This document shows positions 1 to 8,905 of a stretch of DNA of 56,334 nucleotides, in pieces (position 1 is the first letter of the stretch; every line of letters starts with the position of its first letter). The DNA is from an uncultured virus (IMG/VR IMGVR_UViG_3300042558_003703) (Duplodnaviria > Heunggongvirae > Uroviricota > Caudoviricetes). The DNA lies in IMG/VR virus record IMGVR_UViG_3300042558_003703, one strand, 5' to 3'. Under the pieces are notes generated by a model. The model did no database searches. It saw only the letters and a program-made list of their open reading frames with translations, and was not told the origin of the DNA. The position numbers and the translations under genes are program-made.

Positions 1-856
1 CACTGAAGCGGCACTTGTCAAAAGTAATTTGATTACAGATCAAGGTCGGAGTACTGGCAAATCTCACACAAGATATTTCTGGCGGCGACGGCGTATTGCT
101 ACTAATCGCTTCTTGGGTCAACGGACCAATAAAATTCACACTGTCAAAATAGCACTGTGCCGCATCTTCAACTAGGAAAATATCTGTTTCTTCCTGTGAC
201 TGAAAAGTTATGGAACTGATTTCAATGTTTCTGGGAGCTGTGGCACCGTTGCTGGTAATGTTGGCACCAACTTGCTGTTTGCTGTCACCAAATCTGGCCA
301 CATACGCACTCAAGCTGCTGATGTCAGAACTGGTGTCCAAGAATATAATACTACAGTCAGCACCTTCGCCCACTAGTTTTGCAAAAGTGGGAATAATAAT
401 ACTTTCAGTGACGCGATAAGTTCCAGCTGGAAAGTACAAGCTACGTCTAACAGCAGTGTTGCTGGCCACACAATACAGCTGAAACAGTGCGCGGTTAATG
501 GCTTCAGTATCGTCTACTAATCCGTCGCCGACAGCACCAAAATCCCGAACGCTGGCAAAATCATCCAGCTTGGCTTGTACTGTGCGTACAACTGGGTCAC
601 TAGCAGTAGGTCCAGTTTGTGCAGCATAACCAACTGCTATGTCAGAATAAGTGTAGTTGCTGAGTGCAGTAATATCAGAAAATTCAGTTAGAATTTCTGT
701 GTTGCCAATTACCGGCGCACCTTCTTGTAAGGTGCCGTTTCCAATAAAAAGTCTGCGACTGTCTACCGCCCATCCCAGTTCTGCACCAGCCAACTGTGGC
801 AAGTTTTCTGTGAGACCTTTACGGTTGGTAATTCTGGAGATTTGAACAATGGCCAT
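1..856 (-). CDS. Tailspike/tail fibre with Mtd-like N-terminus and pectate-lyase-like beta-helix (runs off the window start)
   Basis: Absent from the ORF track. Hand translation from ATG 856 gives MAIVQISRITNRKGLTENLPQLAGAELGWAVDSRRLFIGNG...SVRDFGAVGDGLVDDTEAINRAL...LYFPAGTYRV...LVGEG, the typical Pectate_lyase_3 start. Confidence 0.8.
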   Translation of the reverse strand, partial: MAIVQISRITNRKGLTENLPQLAGAELGWAVDSRRLFIGNGTLQEGAPVIGNTEILTEFSDITALSNYTYSDIAVGYAAQTGPTASDPVVRTVQAKLDDFASVRDFGAVGDGLVDDTEAINRALFQLYCVASNTAVRRSLYFPAGTYRVTESIIIPTFAKLVGEGADCSIIFLDTSSDISSLSAYVARFGDSKQQVGANITSNGATAPRNIEISSITFQSQEETDIFLVEDAAQCYFDSVNFIGPLTQEAISSNTPSPPEISCVRFASTPTLICNQITFDKCRFS

Positions 857-863
857 TAGCGTA

Positions 864-885
864 TACCTATTTGATTAGGTATTTA
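864..885 (-). promoter_or_regulatory. Late-promoter-like TAAATA overlapping a hairpin that covers the tailspike RBS
   Basis: Minus strand ATAAATACCTAATCAAATAGGTA; arms TACCTA/TAGGTA at 864-881. Confidence 0.5.
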
Positions 886-1593
886 TGCTGATAGGTAGTA
901 GAGCTCTACACGTTTAATCCATTCGTTTTTCCAGTGTGCAAACTCGTCTCCTGCAACTACAAATTCTAAATATTGGGGAGTTGTGTAGGTTTGATCTTCT
1001 AATAACTTAGGCTGTACAGCCATTAAAATAACGCCTTGGTTAATTTCAGTACCGGTCATTTCGTCGTGTGCCAATGCATAAGCTGCCAACTGTAGGAAGT
1101 AGTCCTCAATCCATTCACGCTTTTTAACCTTGTTGCTTTGCTTAAAGTCCATAATAGCAGGCTTGCCGTTCCATAGCCCCACACAGTCTGTAGTACCTGC
1201 ATACAAGCCGCTATAATAAACAGGAACTTCTACACCCCAGAACTCATCAACTTGATTAAGTCCGTTAAGAATAATTTGTGCAGCCATAAACCAACTTGGA
1301 TGTGCAAATGGGTTACTAGGCAATGGTTTTAAATCATCCATCATCACGTATGTTTCTAAGTAGCTGTGCATACGTGTACCACGATTAGCAGCTTCTGTGG
1401 TAATTTGCTGTGCTTGATGTTCGCCTACACGCTTTTTCCAGTTAGCTAAAGCTTCGCGACTTTCTTGGCTTTTAGTTTTGTCCAGGATTGTTGTAACACT
1501 GGGAACTTTCTTACCGTTTGGTAAACAGTAATGTCTTTTGCCGTCAATGGTTTCTCGTGCCAGGGGAGTATAATCGTATCGTTGTGTTATCAT
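883..1593 (-). CDS. PD-(D/E)XK exonuclease (phage Cas4-like/MGME1-like)
   Basis: PSVTTIL, RGTRMH, YAGTTD, IMDFKQS, YFLQLAAYALA motifs. Confidence 0.85.
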   Translation of the reverse strand: MITQRYDYTPLARETIDGKRHYCLPNGKKVPSVTTILDKTKSQESREALANWKKRVGEHQAQQITTEAANRGTRMHSYLETYVMMDDLKPLPSNPFAHPSWFMAAQIILNGLNQVDEFWGVEVPVYYSGLYAGTTDCVGLWNGKPAIMDFKQSNKVKKREWIEDYFLQLAAYALAHDEMTGTEINQGVILMAVQPKLLEDQTYTTPQYLEFVVAGDEFAHWKNEWIKRVELYYLSA

Positions 1594-2585
1594 AAGTGGT
1601 CTTGTATATTTTTTAATATATTTTTCTCTAGCTGCTTAGACTGTAGAATTTGTTGGTTATGTCGTAATTGCTCTTTGTTGGATTGCCAGATGTCTTCTAT
1701 GTTGTAATACAATTTATCCAATAAATCTATGGTTAATCGTGTCCTTTCTCTCCACTTAACAACAGAATCAATAGCAGACAAATCCATACCTGTATAACTA
1801 ATATCTAATTCCATGTTTGCCATTGAAGAAATAAAATTAACACACGATACAGGAAAAATTAAGGTGCCTGTTGCAATACACTTAAATGTTTTTTCGGTAG
1901 GACAAAAACGTTCGTAGCTACTTTCTGTACAGATATTACTATAGCAGTCAGTATATGCCGGAGTGTTGGCACTATGACAGATTGTCCATTGATAGTTTGA
2001 CTCTTGTGTTATTGGAAAATTTCTTATCTCACTTGCAAAAAAATTAGCAACTCTTGATCCTAATTTTGATTCAATTTGAGACATAGTTACTTCGACTGGG
2101 TTTGAAGTTAATCTATCGCCGGATTTTAATCCATAAAAGCTTAAAAAGATATCGCTGTACCAGGGCAATTGTTTTAGTAAGTAGTAAGTGTAGGCCCTGT
2201 GTAGCTTGGGAATTCGGTTGAGACAGGATACTCGAGTAGAACGAGTATTAGAAAAGAAATCTCTATCGGCATATTCCTGTATCTGCTGGCTGTATCTATA
2301 TCCCCAAATTGGAAAAAATCTAAAATTCAAGGCTTGATTTTCGTCGGCAAATTTTTTGTCATTGATTAGTATAGCCGACACTACTCCGTAAGGTTTGCAA
2401 GCAATGGCAATATCTTTGATCCACTCAAGTCCCCAGGGGTCATTTGCAGCATTTATAATAATAGACTTTTTACCTGTGTATCCTGGCAGTTTGTCCGGCG
2501 ATTTATAAATGGTCAATAAATGTGCAAATTCTCCAGCATTTACATAATAGTATTTCTTAAATAACTCATTGTCTTGAAAATACAT
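1590..2585 (-). CDS. Glycosyltransferase-like protein (GT10-like C-terminus)
   Basis: CLNRIPKLHR and NICTES...PTEKTFKCI; AT-rich. Start moved to ATG 2585, just after the iscA stop. Paralog of 21292-22425. Confidence 0.45.
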   Translation of the reverse strand: MYFQDNELFKKYYYVNAGEFAHLLTIYKSPDKLPGYTGKKSIIINAANDPWGLEWIKDIAIACKPYGVVSAILINDKKFADENQALNFRFFPIWGYRYSQQIQEYADRDFFSNTRSTRVSCLNRIPKLHRAYTYYLLKQLPWYSDIFLSFYGLKSGDRLTSNPVEVTMSQIESKLGSRVANFFASEIRNFPITQESNYQWTICHSANTPAYTDCYSNICTESSYERFCPTEKTFKCIATGTLIFPVSCVNFISSMANMELDISYTGMDLSAIDSVVKWRERTRLTIDLLDKLYYNIEDIWQSNKEQLRHNQQILQSKQLEKNILKNIQDHL

Positions 2586-2586
2586 T

Positions 2587-2913
2587 TTATATAGTAAAGC
2601 TCTCTCCACATCCGCAACGTGCAGCTTCTTGCGGGTTTCGAAAGTCAAATCCTTCGTTGAGACCCTGACGTGTATAATCGATAGTGAGACCGTTTAAGTA
2701 TACCAAGTCTTTTCCTGTTACCCAGACTCGCGCTCCATCCTTTTCGTACTCTGTCCAATCCCAAGTACACGGTGCTTGATCCAAGTACTCCAATACATAA
2801 GCTAATCCGCTACAGCCAGTGGTCTTGACTCCAACACGAATGCCTACTCCTGAGCCACGTTTGGCAATATTGCTGACAATTTTACGTGCGGCAGTTTCAG
2901 TTATTGTTATCAT
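2587..2913 (-). CDS. iscA: Iron-sulfur cluster assembly A-type carrier IscA
   Basis: MITITETAA..., TTGCSGLAY, EGFDFRNP, CGCGESF; probable start ATG 2913. Confidence 0.95.
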   Translation of the reverse strand: MITITETAARKIVSNIAKRGSGVGIRVGVKTTGCSGLAYVLEYLDQAPCTWDWTEYEKDGARVWVTGKDLVYLNGLTIDYTRQGLNEGFDFRNPQEAARCGCGESFTI

Positions 2914-3283
2914 GCTTTTCTCTGTAGTTTGCAATGGCTGCTTTAATGGCGTCTTCGGCTAAAATACTACAGTGAATTTTTACCGGTGGTAAAGCCAGTT
3001 CTTGAGCAATGTCAGTATTTCTAATTGTTGCTGCTTCGTCGAGAGTTTTTCCTTTGACCCATTCAGTAACCAGGCTTGACGACGCAATCGCTGAGCCGCA
3101 ACCATATGTTTTGAACTTTGCATCCGTAATAATGCCATCCAGAACCTTTATTTGTAATTTCATTACGTCACCGCAGGCCGGTGCTCCTACCATACCGGTT
3201 GCTACATCTGGATCACTTTTGTCAAACGATCCAACGTTGCGTGGGTTCTCGTAGTGATCTAATACTTTATCGCTGTATGCCAT
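2897..3283 (-). CDS. iscU: Fe-S cluster scaffold IscU
   Basis: YSDKVLDHYENPRNVG, GAPACGDVM, YGCGSAIASSS, LPPVKIHCS (HscA-binding LPPVK). Confidence 0.97.
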   Translation of the reverse strand: MAYSDKVLDHYENPRNVGSFDKSDPDVATGMVGAPACGDVMKLQIKVLDGIITDAKFKTYGCGSAIASSSLVTEWVKGKTLDEAATIRNTDIAQELALPPVKIHCSILAEDAIKAAIANYREKHDNNN

Positions 3284-3743
3284 TTATTCCACCTGTGTCG
3301 TATGTCTGTGCAAATATGTCTTTCTTTACTGCGCCATAATCACCAGTACCGTGTCGTACAATATAATCATTTCCTGCTGTGTAATTCAAATCTCCCCAAC
3401 TAGTGTGTAACACACCGTCGTGGTCTGCTAACTTAGCCAGCTTAATAATTTTCTTAGGAGTAGCTGTACCGTCGCCATTGTCATCATATAAAGTAGCAAA
3501 CTTCTCAGGAGCAATGGGATAGTTTTCTCCCTTGGGACCGGTCATAATATAATGTCCAGCTGCGTATTTTACAGGACCTTCTAATGTTTTTACTGTGCCG
3601 GGCTGTTGTGCAACTTGATACTTTACTGGTGCTGCTTTTTTAAAAGTTTTAAATGACCCTTGTTTAAACCAATTGTCATCAATGGCAACCTGCTCTGCCT
3701 CGGTAATAAGATCTGCATATTTTCTAAAAAATTCTGGATTCAT
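3267..3743 (-). CDS. PGDYG-family protein with putative capsid-targeting N-terminus
   Basis: Two internal repeats TLEG..GHY..GENYP..F..Y and TSWG..NDY..GTGDYG..IF..TY; N-terminus MNPEFFRKYADLITEA. Confidence 0.55.
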   Translation of the reverse strand: MNPEFFRKYADLITEAEQVAIDDNWFKQGSFKTFKKAAPVKYQVAQQPGTVKTLEGPVKYAAGHYIMTGPKGENYPIAPEKFATLYDDNGDGTATPKKIIKLAKLADHDGVLHTSWGDLNYTAGNDYIVRHGTGDYGAVKKDIFAQTYDTGGINGIQR

Positions 3744-4339
3744 GATAATGCCTTTTGTAAAATAGCTGCATGATCAAATGCCAATTGCATCTTTCCCAAC
3801 TTGTTTATAGGAATCCATGCTGTTGCACTTGCATCGTCACCTGCTGTTGTTTTTGTTTTGTCGGCTACGTGTACACTATATGCCCAACTCCAGGTATGTT
3901 CCATCCTTGGATCTCGCCCAGGTTCGCGAAACTCTCCTACAAAGGTTGCATGGTCAACATGTAATCCTGCTTCTTCTTGTAGCTCACGTATTGCTGCTTG
4001 CGCTGGAGTTTCGCCTGGATCAATGAAGCCGCCTGGTAATGCCCAATGCCCTGCATAAGGATTGTTCTTGCGCTTAATCATTAAAACTTCTGTGTCAGTA
4101 TGTACTACAATGTCTGCTACCATTAAGATAACTTTTGCAGCTACTCCGTCTGACAATTCAAATGCATAGTTGTATCCCGGCTTTAATGTGTCTTTGACGT
4201 TGGATCCTAATTGAACCGGAGCATGCCCGTCAAGATGCATCATTCCGTCCTTGATCATTATCAATTTAAAAGGACCAATTACTGCCGATGCAGCTTCGTT
4301 AATAATGTTGGCGTATTTACGCATTAAATCAGGATTCAT
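3740..4339 (-). CDS. NUDIX hydrolase (ADP-ribose pyrophosphatase-like)
   Basis: Nudix box GGFIDPGETPAQAAIRELQEEAG, plus PGRDPR, AGDDA, LAFDH. True start is likely ATG 4339 (MNPDLMRKY), 1 nt after the upstream stop. Confidence 0.9.
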   Translation of the reverse strand: MNPDLMRKYANIINEAASAVIGPFKLIMIKDGMMHLDGHAPVQLGSNVKDTLKPGYNYAFELSDGVAAKVILMVADIVVHTDTEVLMIKRKNNPYAGHWALPGGFIDPGETPAQAAIRELQEEAGLHVDHATFVGEFREPGRDPRMEHTWSWAYSVHVADKTKTTAGDDASATAWIPINKLGKMQLAFDHAAILQKALS

Positions 4340-4340
4340 A

Positions 4341-4679
4341 TTATCTATAACATTGACACATACTATCCCAGTACAACACTGGTGCTGGATTGGGATCCAC
4401 ATAGGTGTTGGGAGGTGCGTAGTATACCGGCGGTGGTATATAAACCGGCGGTGGAGGTGCATAGTATACCGGAGGAGGTGCGTAGTAAGGTCTTGCTCCG
4501 TATGTGAGTGCTCCACCAATAATGGCTCCGCCCAAAAAGGCTGCTCCGCCCCAAGCCCAGGCATTGTTATAGCCACGATTGTAATTGTAGTTGTTGTTGT
4601 AACCGCGACCGTAACCACCGGCTTGTGCAGTTCCGATCATAAAAATGGATAAAGTAATTGCAAGAATAATTCGTTTCAC
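4341..4679 (-). CDS. Secreted/membrane Pro-Tyr-rich protein
   Basis: Signal peptide ending AQA, Gly-rich hydrophobic segment, YYAPPPV repeats; GGAGG RBS before GTG. Confidence 0.7.
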   Translation of the reverse strand: MKRIILAITLSIFMIGTAQAGGYGRGYNNNYNYNRGYNNAWAWGGAAFLGGAIIGGALTYGARPYYAPPPVYYAPPPPVYIPPPVYYAPPNTYVDPNPAPVLYWDSMCQCYR

Positions 4680-4702
4680 AATAGTCCTCCTGGGATATAT
4701 TA

Positions 4703-5281
4703 CTATTTAATATTATACACGAACTCTTTGATGATATCAACTGTTTTTGGGCTCATTACTACTTCGTAATGGTTGATGTATAATTCTTCGAGCTGCATTT
4801 CGGATCTATGCCTCATGCTGTTTATGGTCACTACTCCATCATTGGGTTGTATAATCCAAGGACTATCACCGCGTGTGGTCACTATATTTAACCACGGATG
4901 TTGTATTCGAATTGTGCTGGCTGTTTTCATTGGTGCACTGCTGGGTCCGATGTCGCGTAACAATCGATTAAAAGGTAAAAAGTATTTGGCATAATCTGCC
5001 GATTCGGCTCCGCCGTAGGGTGTGCTCATTGTAACTGCACCCAATACTCGATCTGGAAAGGCTGCTGCTAAATGCAAGGCATATATGCCACCTAGACTGT
5101 GACAAACAAATACAACATGATTGATATTGACAATAATGTTTTTCATGTCATCCAAATTACAGTCAAATCCATTTTGACTGTTGTACTCAATGACAATTTC
5201 GCTGGGATGATTTAAATGCTGCCGAATGTAATTGAAACTATCTCCGGTGGCACTGGCACCGTGGATGTACACAAGATTCAT
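4703..5281 (-). CDS. Alpha/beta hydrolase
   Basis: IHGA oxyanion motif, CHSLGG nucleophile elbow, TPYGG, DGVV, C-terminal His. Confidence 0.85.
   Translation of the reverse strand: MNLVYIHGASATGDSFNYIRQHLNHPSEIVIEYNSQNGFDCNLDDMKNIIVNINHVVFVCHSLGGIYALHLAAAFPDRVLGAVTMSTPYGGAESADYAKYFLPFNRLLRDIGPSSAPMKTASTIRIQHPWLNIVTTRGDSPWIIQPNDGVVTINSMRHRSEMQLEELYINHYEVVMSPKTVDIIKEFVYNIK
4712..4740 (-). promoter_or_regulatory. Sigma70-type promoter
   Basis: TTGATA-17bp-TATAAT inside the 3' end of the hydrolase gene. Confidence 0.65.
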
Positions 5282-5284
5282 TGA

Positions 5285-5623
5285 TTATAGGCCAGATTTT
5301 CCTGCTGCTCGTTTGGCCATGGTGTTGACTGTGTCACGAGCCTGGTCCACGCTCATATTGGGAGCCACTTCTTCGGTGCCTTTGAACAAAATTTCACTGT
5401 CGGTGACGTTGGCAATCAGTCCACTCAAGGGAGGTTGTTGTGCTATGTTTCGCAATTGAGAATCAGTTAAACTGATTCCCATGTTGCCGGCCAACTTTAA
5501 AAAAGCATCTATTGATATTGTTTTAGACGAAGATTGATCATCGGCACGAGACAGCAGAAACTGGCTTAATGCAGCAAGTTCCTGTGTGTTGGCTGAATTT
5601 ACTTCAAATTCAATCAGTTTCAT
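5285..5623 (-). CDS. Hypothetical protein, probable virion/head component
   Basis: Coupled ORF in a late cluster; MKLIEF N-terminus. Confidence 0.55.
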   Translation of the reverse strand: MKLIEFEVNSANTQELAALSQFLLSRADDQSSSKTISIDAFLKLAGNMGISLTDSQLRNIAQQPPLSGLIANVTDSEILFKGTEEVAPNMSVDQARDTVNTMAKRAAGKSGL

Positions 5624-7005
5624 TATTTCTTTTTGGCAAAAGGATTTACGCCTTTCTTGGGACCTGCTTTCTTGTCAGCTGCAGCTGACTTCATTGACTC
5701 TTTCTTGTTGCCATCCTTGTTAAGATCCAGGAAGTCTGGCTTCTTGCCTTTCTTTTTGGCTGCTTCGCCAATATCACGGCGACTAGGACCAGACATATAA
5801 TTTCCACCAACAGGCACTGCTCTGCCTGTCATGTCTCTGGTTGCCGGACCAGCAATTGCTTTGATTTTGCCTTGTTGAGCTAAATCAGCAGCCAATTTTG
5901 CTAGCCTAGGAAATGTAATAGTATCAACTGTTAAGATACCAACATCATCACCACGCATTTCTACTTGAGCACCTGTCTCATTGGCAAGATATTCAATCAT
6001 ATCTTGACCGTTAATACGATATGTATTGGTACGTGTATGTGTGCCTTCCATCATACCGCCTGCGTTGCGACGCTCACGGCCTAATGCCTCAGGAGCACCT
6101 AGTGGTGTTGGTTCTTCTTCATCAGCCGGTGCAACGTCAGCGTCAACAGCTACTTCAGCATCAACAGCAGGTTCTGCATTGAGATCTGCACCCATGTCTG
6201 CAGCAGGTTCTTGACCTGGAACAACAGGTGCTTGGCCAGTTAGTGTGCCTTGGGCAGCTTCCATCTGTGTTTTGCCTTGTTGCAAACTTTGCAACAGTTG
6301 TGTCAATGCAGCAGCACTGGCACTTTGAAATTGTGTTGCTTGATCAATTCCCATGTCGTTCTTGATCGAGTCAGTTAGAGCTGGCAGGTCTTTGAATTGC
6401 ATTTCTGAAACTTCTTCCAGCATCTTTTGAATTCGGTCAATCATGTCCTGCGCTGCCAACACAACTTGTGCTGATTGCAGTTCGCTTTCTCTGAGTCTGC
6501 GACGTCCCAATTTTGACTCTTTTTGCATAGCCACAGCAGCAGCACCAGCAGCAGCCATCATCTCTTTTTCTTGAGGATTTAGCTGTTGTCCAGATTGTGA
6601 TTTTTTAGTGGCAGCAATCAGCTTGGGGTCTTTGAGATTAACTGGCGCAGCAGCAGGTTGTCCAGGCTTTGCTGCCACAGTACCTGTAGCAGGCACGGTT
6701 CCTGCAACAGGTGCTGCACCTGGAGCTGCAGCCGGCTGTCCTGGAACTACAGGAGCAACTTCTTTGAGTCGTCCTTTGAGACCGGATTCAATCATGAGCA
6801 ATTTGAGATAAGCAGGATTGCGCTCGCTTGAGTGAAAAGCAGTGCTTGAACGGTGTTCATTGAGCAGTCCTCGCACACGCATCAGCATATGACGTGATTC
6901 ATACAAGCTAAGGTTGTCGAAAGAGACTGAGTGACCCAGTCGATTTTCCAGCACTTGTTCTGCTTTATCTTGTTGTTTGAGAGTGTCTAGTTCTTGCAGT
7001 TTCAT
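5623..7005 (-). CDS. Probable prohead core/internal head protein
   Basis: MKLQEL start, Ala/Pro linkers, several x-x-E sites (LKEV, LRES, MMEG, IGEA), C-terminal KPDFLDLNKDGNKKE; TAAATA upstream. Confidence 0.55.
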   Translation of the reverse strand: MKLQELDTLKQQDKAEQVLENRLGHSVSFDNLSLYESRHMLMRVRGLLNEHRSSTAFHSSERNPAYLKLLMIESGLKGRLKEVAPVVPGQPAAAPGAAPVAGTVPATGTVAAKPGQPAAAPVNLKDPKLIAATKKSQSGQQLNPQEKEMMAAAGAAAVAMQKESKLGRRRLRESELQSAQVVLAAQDMIDRIQKMLEEVSEMQFKDLPALTDSIKNDMGIDQATQFQSASAAALTQLLQSLQQGKTQMEAAQGTLTGQAPVVPGQEPAADMGADLNAEPAVDAEVAVDADVAPADEEEPTPLGAPEALGRERRNAGGMMEGTHTRTNTYRINGQDMIEYLANETGAQVEMRGDDVGILTVDTITFPRLAKLAADLAQQGKIKAIAGPATRDMTGRAVPVGGNYMSGPSRRDIGEAAKKKGKKPDFLDLNKDGNKKESMKSAAADKKAGPKKGVNPFAKKK

Positions 7006-7465
7006 CGCAATTAAATCCTTTTATCTGCCAGTATTTAGCCAAATTTACACATTTGGTCAACTGATTTTCTATCTGTACAAGTCCGTGTTTTTTGTTAGCA
7101 ATCTTTAATTCGACTATTTCTTTTCTAACAGGGTCTTGTATTTTTTTAGCTAAAGTTTGTCTAACTTTAACATTGTTTAATATTGTGTATCGTTGTTGAT
7201 CTAAAGTTACAATGGTACTAGCAAGATCCAATTTGCCATACTTGTCGGCGATACACCAGCTCAACGCAAATCTTAGTGTACTAAATGTTCTTGGGTCTTG
7301 GTATTGTTTACAGGTCAAATATGTGTCATTGAGTTGTTTGTCGATTGTGTATTGAGTAAACACATGGTATTTGCCGTCGTCACAGTAGATTATGTTTTGC
7401 TTGAGCTGATCTAATTCGGGCTCCAGCAGTTTTTCCAGCTTGTCAAGATTATTGGATTTTTTCAT
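6965..7465 (-). CDS. Hypothetical protein
   Basis: Probable start ATG 7465 (TAATG overlap with the upstream stop). Confidence 0.6.
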   Translation of the reverse strand: MKKSNNLDKLEKLLEPELDQLKQNIIYCDDGKYHVFTQYTIDKQLNDTYLTCKQYQDPRTFSTLRFALSWCIADKYGKLDLASTIVTLDQQRYTILNNVKVRQTLAKKIQDPVRKEIVELKIANKKHGLVQIENQLTKCVNLAKYWQIKGFNCDETARTRHSQTTR

Positions 7466-7725
7466 TAAAACACGTATTGCACTAATAAAAACGCAACCGC
7501 CGAAGTCAATGCTGCAATGATTCCTACACCCCAACTCAACAGTTGATCTTGACGTTTTTTATGCATGTCTTGTACCATGTTGCGTATCTCAGTGACCATT
7601 GTGGTCACATGAGCAGTGTTGTTTTCTACTGTTTCTAATTTTTCTTCCAAGAAACGATAACGTTCGGCACATAACTCAACGTGTGCTTCTAAGCTCTTTT
7701 TTTCGATATCAGTAGTGTCGACCAT
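7465..7725 (-). CDS. Small coiled-coil protein with C-terminal transmembrane helix (XhlA/holin-like)
   Basis: LEAHVELCAERY coiled coil followed by WGVGIIAALTSAVAFLLV. Confidence 0.55.
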   Translation of the reverse strand: MVDTTDIEKKSLEAHVELCAERYRFLEEKLETVENNTAHVTTMVTEIRNMVQDMHKKRQDQLLSWGVGIIAALTSAVAFLLVQYVF

Positions 7726-7747
7726 TATGTATCCTTAGACAGATTAT

Positions 7748-8170
7748 TTATGCTAAGACCTCAAACCAGATGTTGGCATCTGGTCCGGAACTGATTAAAA
7801 ATGGTGTGATATTGGACGTTTCGTTCAAGCCCAGTATCATAGGAACATCTGCACAGTCATTCAACAGATAACCGACTGGGTTGCTATCATGCGTGATAGA
7901 TGCAGGATCTACCACTGCAAATTCAAATGTCCAAATACCAATATCAGCCTTGTGTACCGGTCGACTGATGTTTTCCGGCAAGGTTCTTAGCGAAATAACT
8001 TGATTGACAGTTTCCCAATTGCACTGTTGATTTCTAGCGCGGTTCCATTCAAGTTCGTTGGTTATCTCTCGACCAGTGGCGTCGCGAAATACTATTCGAG
8101 CTTTATGGGAACGATTTTTTACACCTGTTTCGGTGATATCAAACCGGGTGCTACATTTTACACGTATCAT
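7748..8170 (-). CDS. Hypothetical protein
   Basis: Intact coupled ORF, 140 aa. Confidence 0.6.
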   Translation of the reverse strand: MIRVKCSTRFDITETGVKNRSHKARIVFRDATGREITNELEWNRARNQQCNWETVNQVISLRTLPENISRPVHKADIGIWTFEFAVVDPASITHDSNPVGYLLNDCADVPMILGLNETSNITPFLISSGPDANIWFEVLA

Positions 8171-8829
8171 ATGGATAAGCCAACTGAACTCATGTCAGAT
8201 CTGGTAATTCTAGCATTTAATGCAATAACAATACGATCCTTGTTACCTCGATAAACAACAGCAGAATGTTGTAGCCAACTGGGGAAAACAATCATCATGC
8301 CAGGTTCAGCTCTGAAATCAATACTGGTGTTGCGATTTACCCAAGCCATTCCGGCATCTGCATAAGCACAGTGATTGGGATTATAAAATCTGTTGACTCC
8401 ATTTTTATCTTCAGCAGCACCCATGTCTCCGGTGTCTACATAATAGATAGCAGACCAAGAACTACCCGGATGAGCATGTGTGTCATGATAGCCACCGTCG
8501 CGGGTAATGTGGCACCAGGATTCGTGTATTTCAACTGTGACATTCATACCTGCGGGCCAGTATGGTTTATTGGCATTTGCAGCAGCACGGAACAAGCATT
8601 GCTTGGCCCAGTGACTAAATGCAAGAACAGCAGGCGAATCTGTGGTCACAAAGTCAAACCCGCTTTCGTATAGGCCTCGTTTGGCATCTGGCGCTACATT
8701 ACTGACATGTTTCTTTGCTTCGAGATCATAACATACCTGGGCAATTTCATCTCGATGTTGATTGTGTTCGGCCCACTGAAAGTCGTACATCAAAACAGGC
8801 CATAATGTAATTGGATTAAGTGGTTGCAT
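8167..8829 (-). CDS. 2OG-Fe(II) oxygenase (TIGR02466-like)
   Basis: SWCHI...HDTHAHPGSSWSAIYYV...MIVFPSWLQH...RIVIALN. Confidence 0.85.
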   Translation of the reverse strand: MQPLNPITLWPVLMYDFQWAEHNQHRDEIAQVCYDLEAKKHVSNVAPDAKRGLYESGFDFVTTDSPAVLAFSHWAKQCLFRAAANANKPYWPAGMNVTVEIHESWCHITRDGGYHDTHAHPGSSWSAIYYVDTGDMGAAEDKNGVNRFYNPNHCAYADAGMAWVNRNTSIDFRAEPGMMIVFPSWLQHSAVVYRGNKDRIVIALNARITRSDMSSVGLSI

Positions 8830-8849
8830 AGTATAGGTATTTAATGGTC

Positions 8850-8880
8850 AAAAGAAAGCCCCGAAATAAATCCAGGGCTT
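8850..8880 (-). terminator. Rho-independent terminator
   Basis: Minus strand AAGCCCTGGA-TTTAT-TTCGGGGCTT followed by TCTTTT. Confidence 0.75.
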
Positions 8881-8905
8881 GAGTCTATACTAAACTGACT
8901 CGAAA

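Noticed and set aside
883..1593. Cas4-like gene as evidence of CRISPR-Cas
   Set aside because: No array or other cas genes, and no Fe-S Cys set; stand-alone phage exonucleases of this type are common.
4340..4618. 93-aa N-terminal extension of the NUDIX ORF
   Set aside because: It is an alternative frame of the Pro-rich gene; ATG 4339 follows that gene's stop and matches the neighbour's N-terminal tag.
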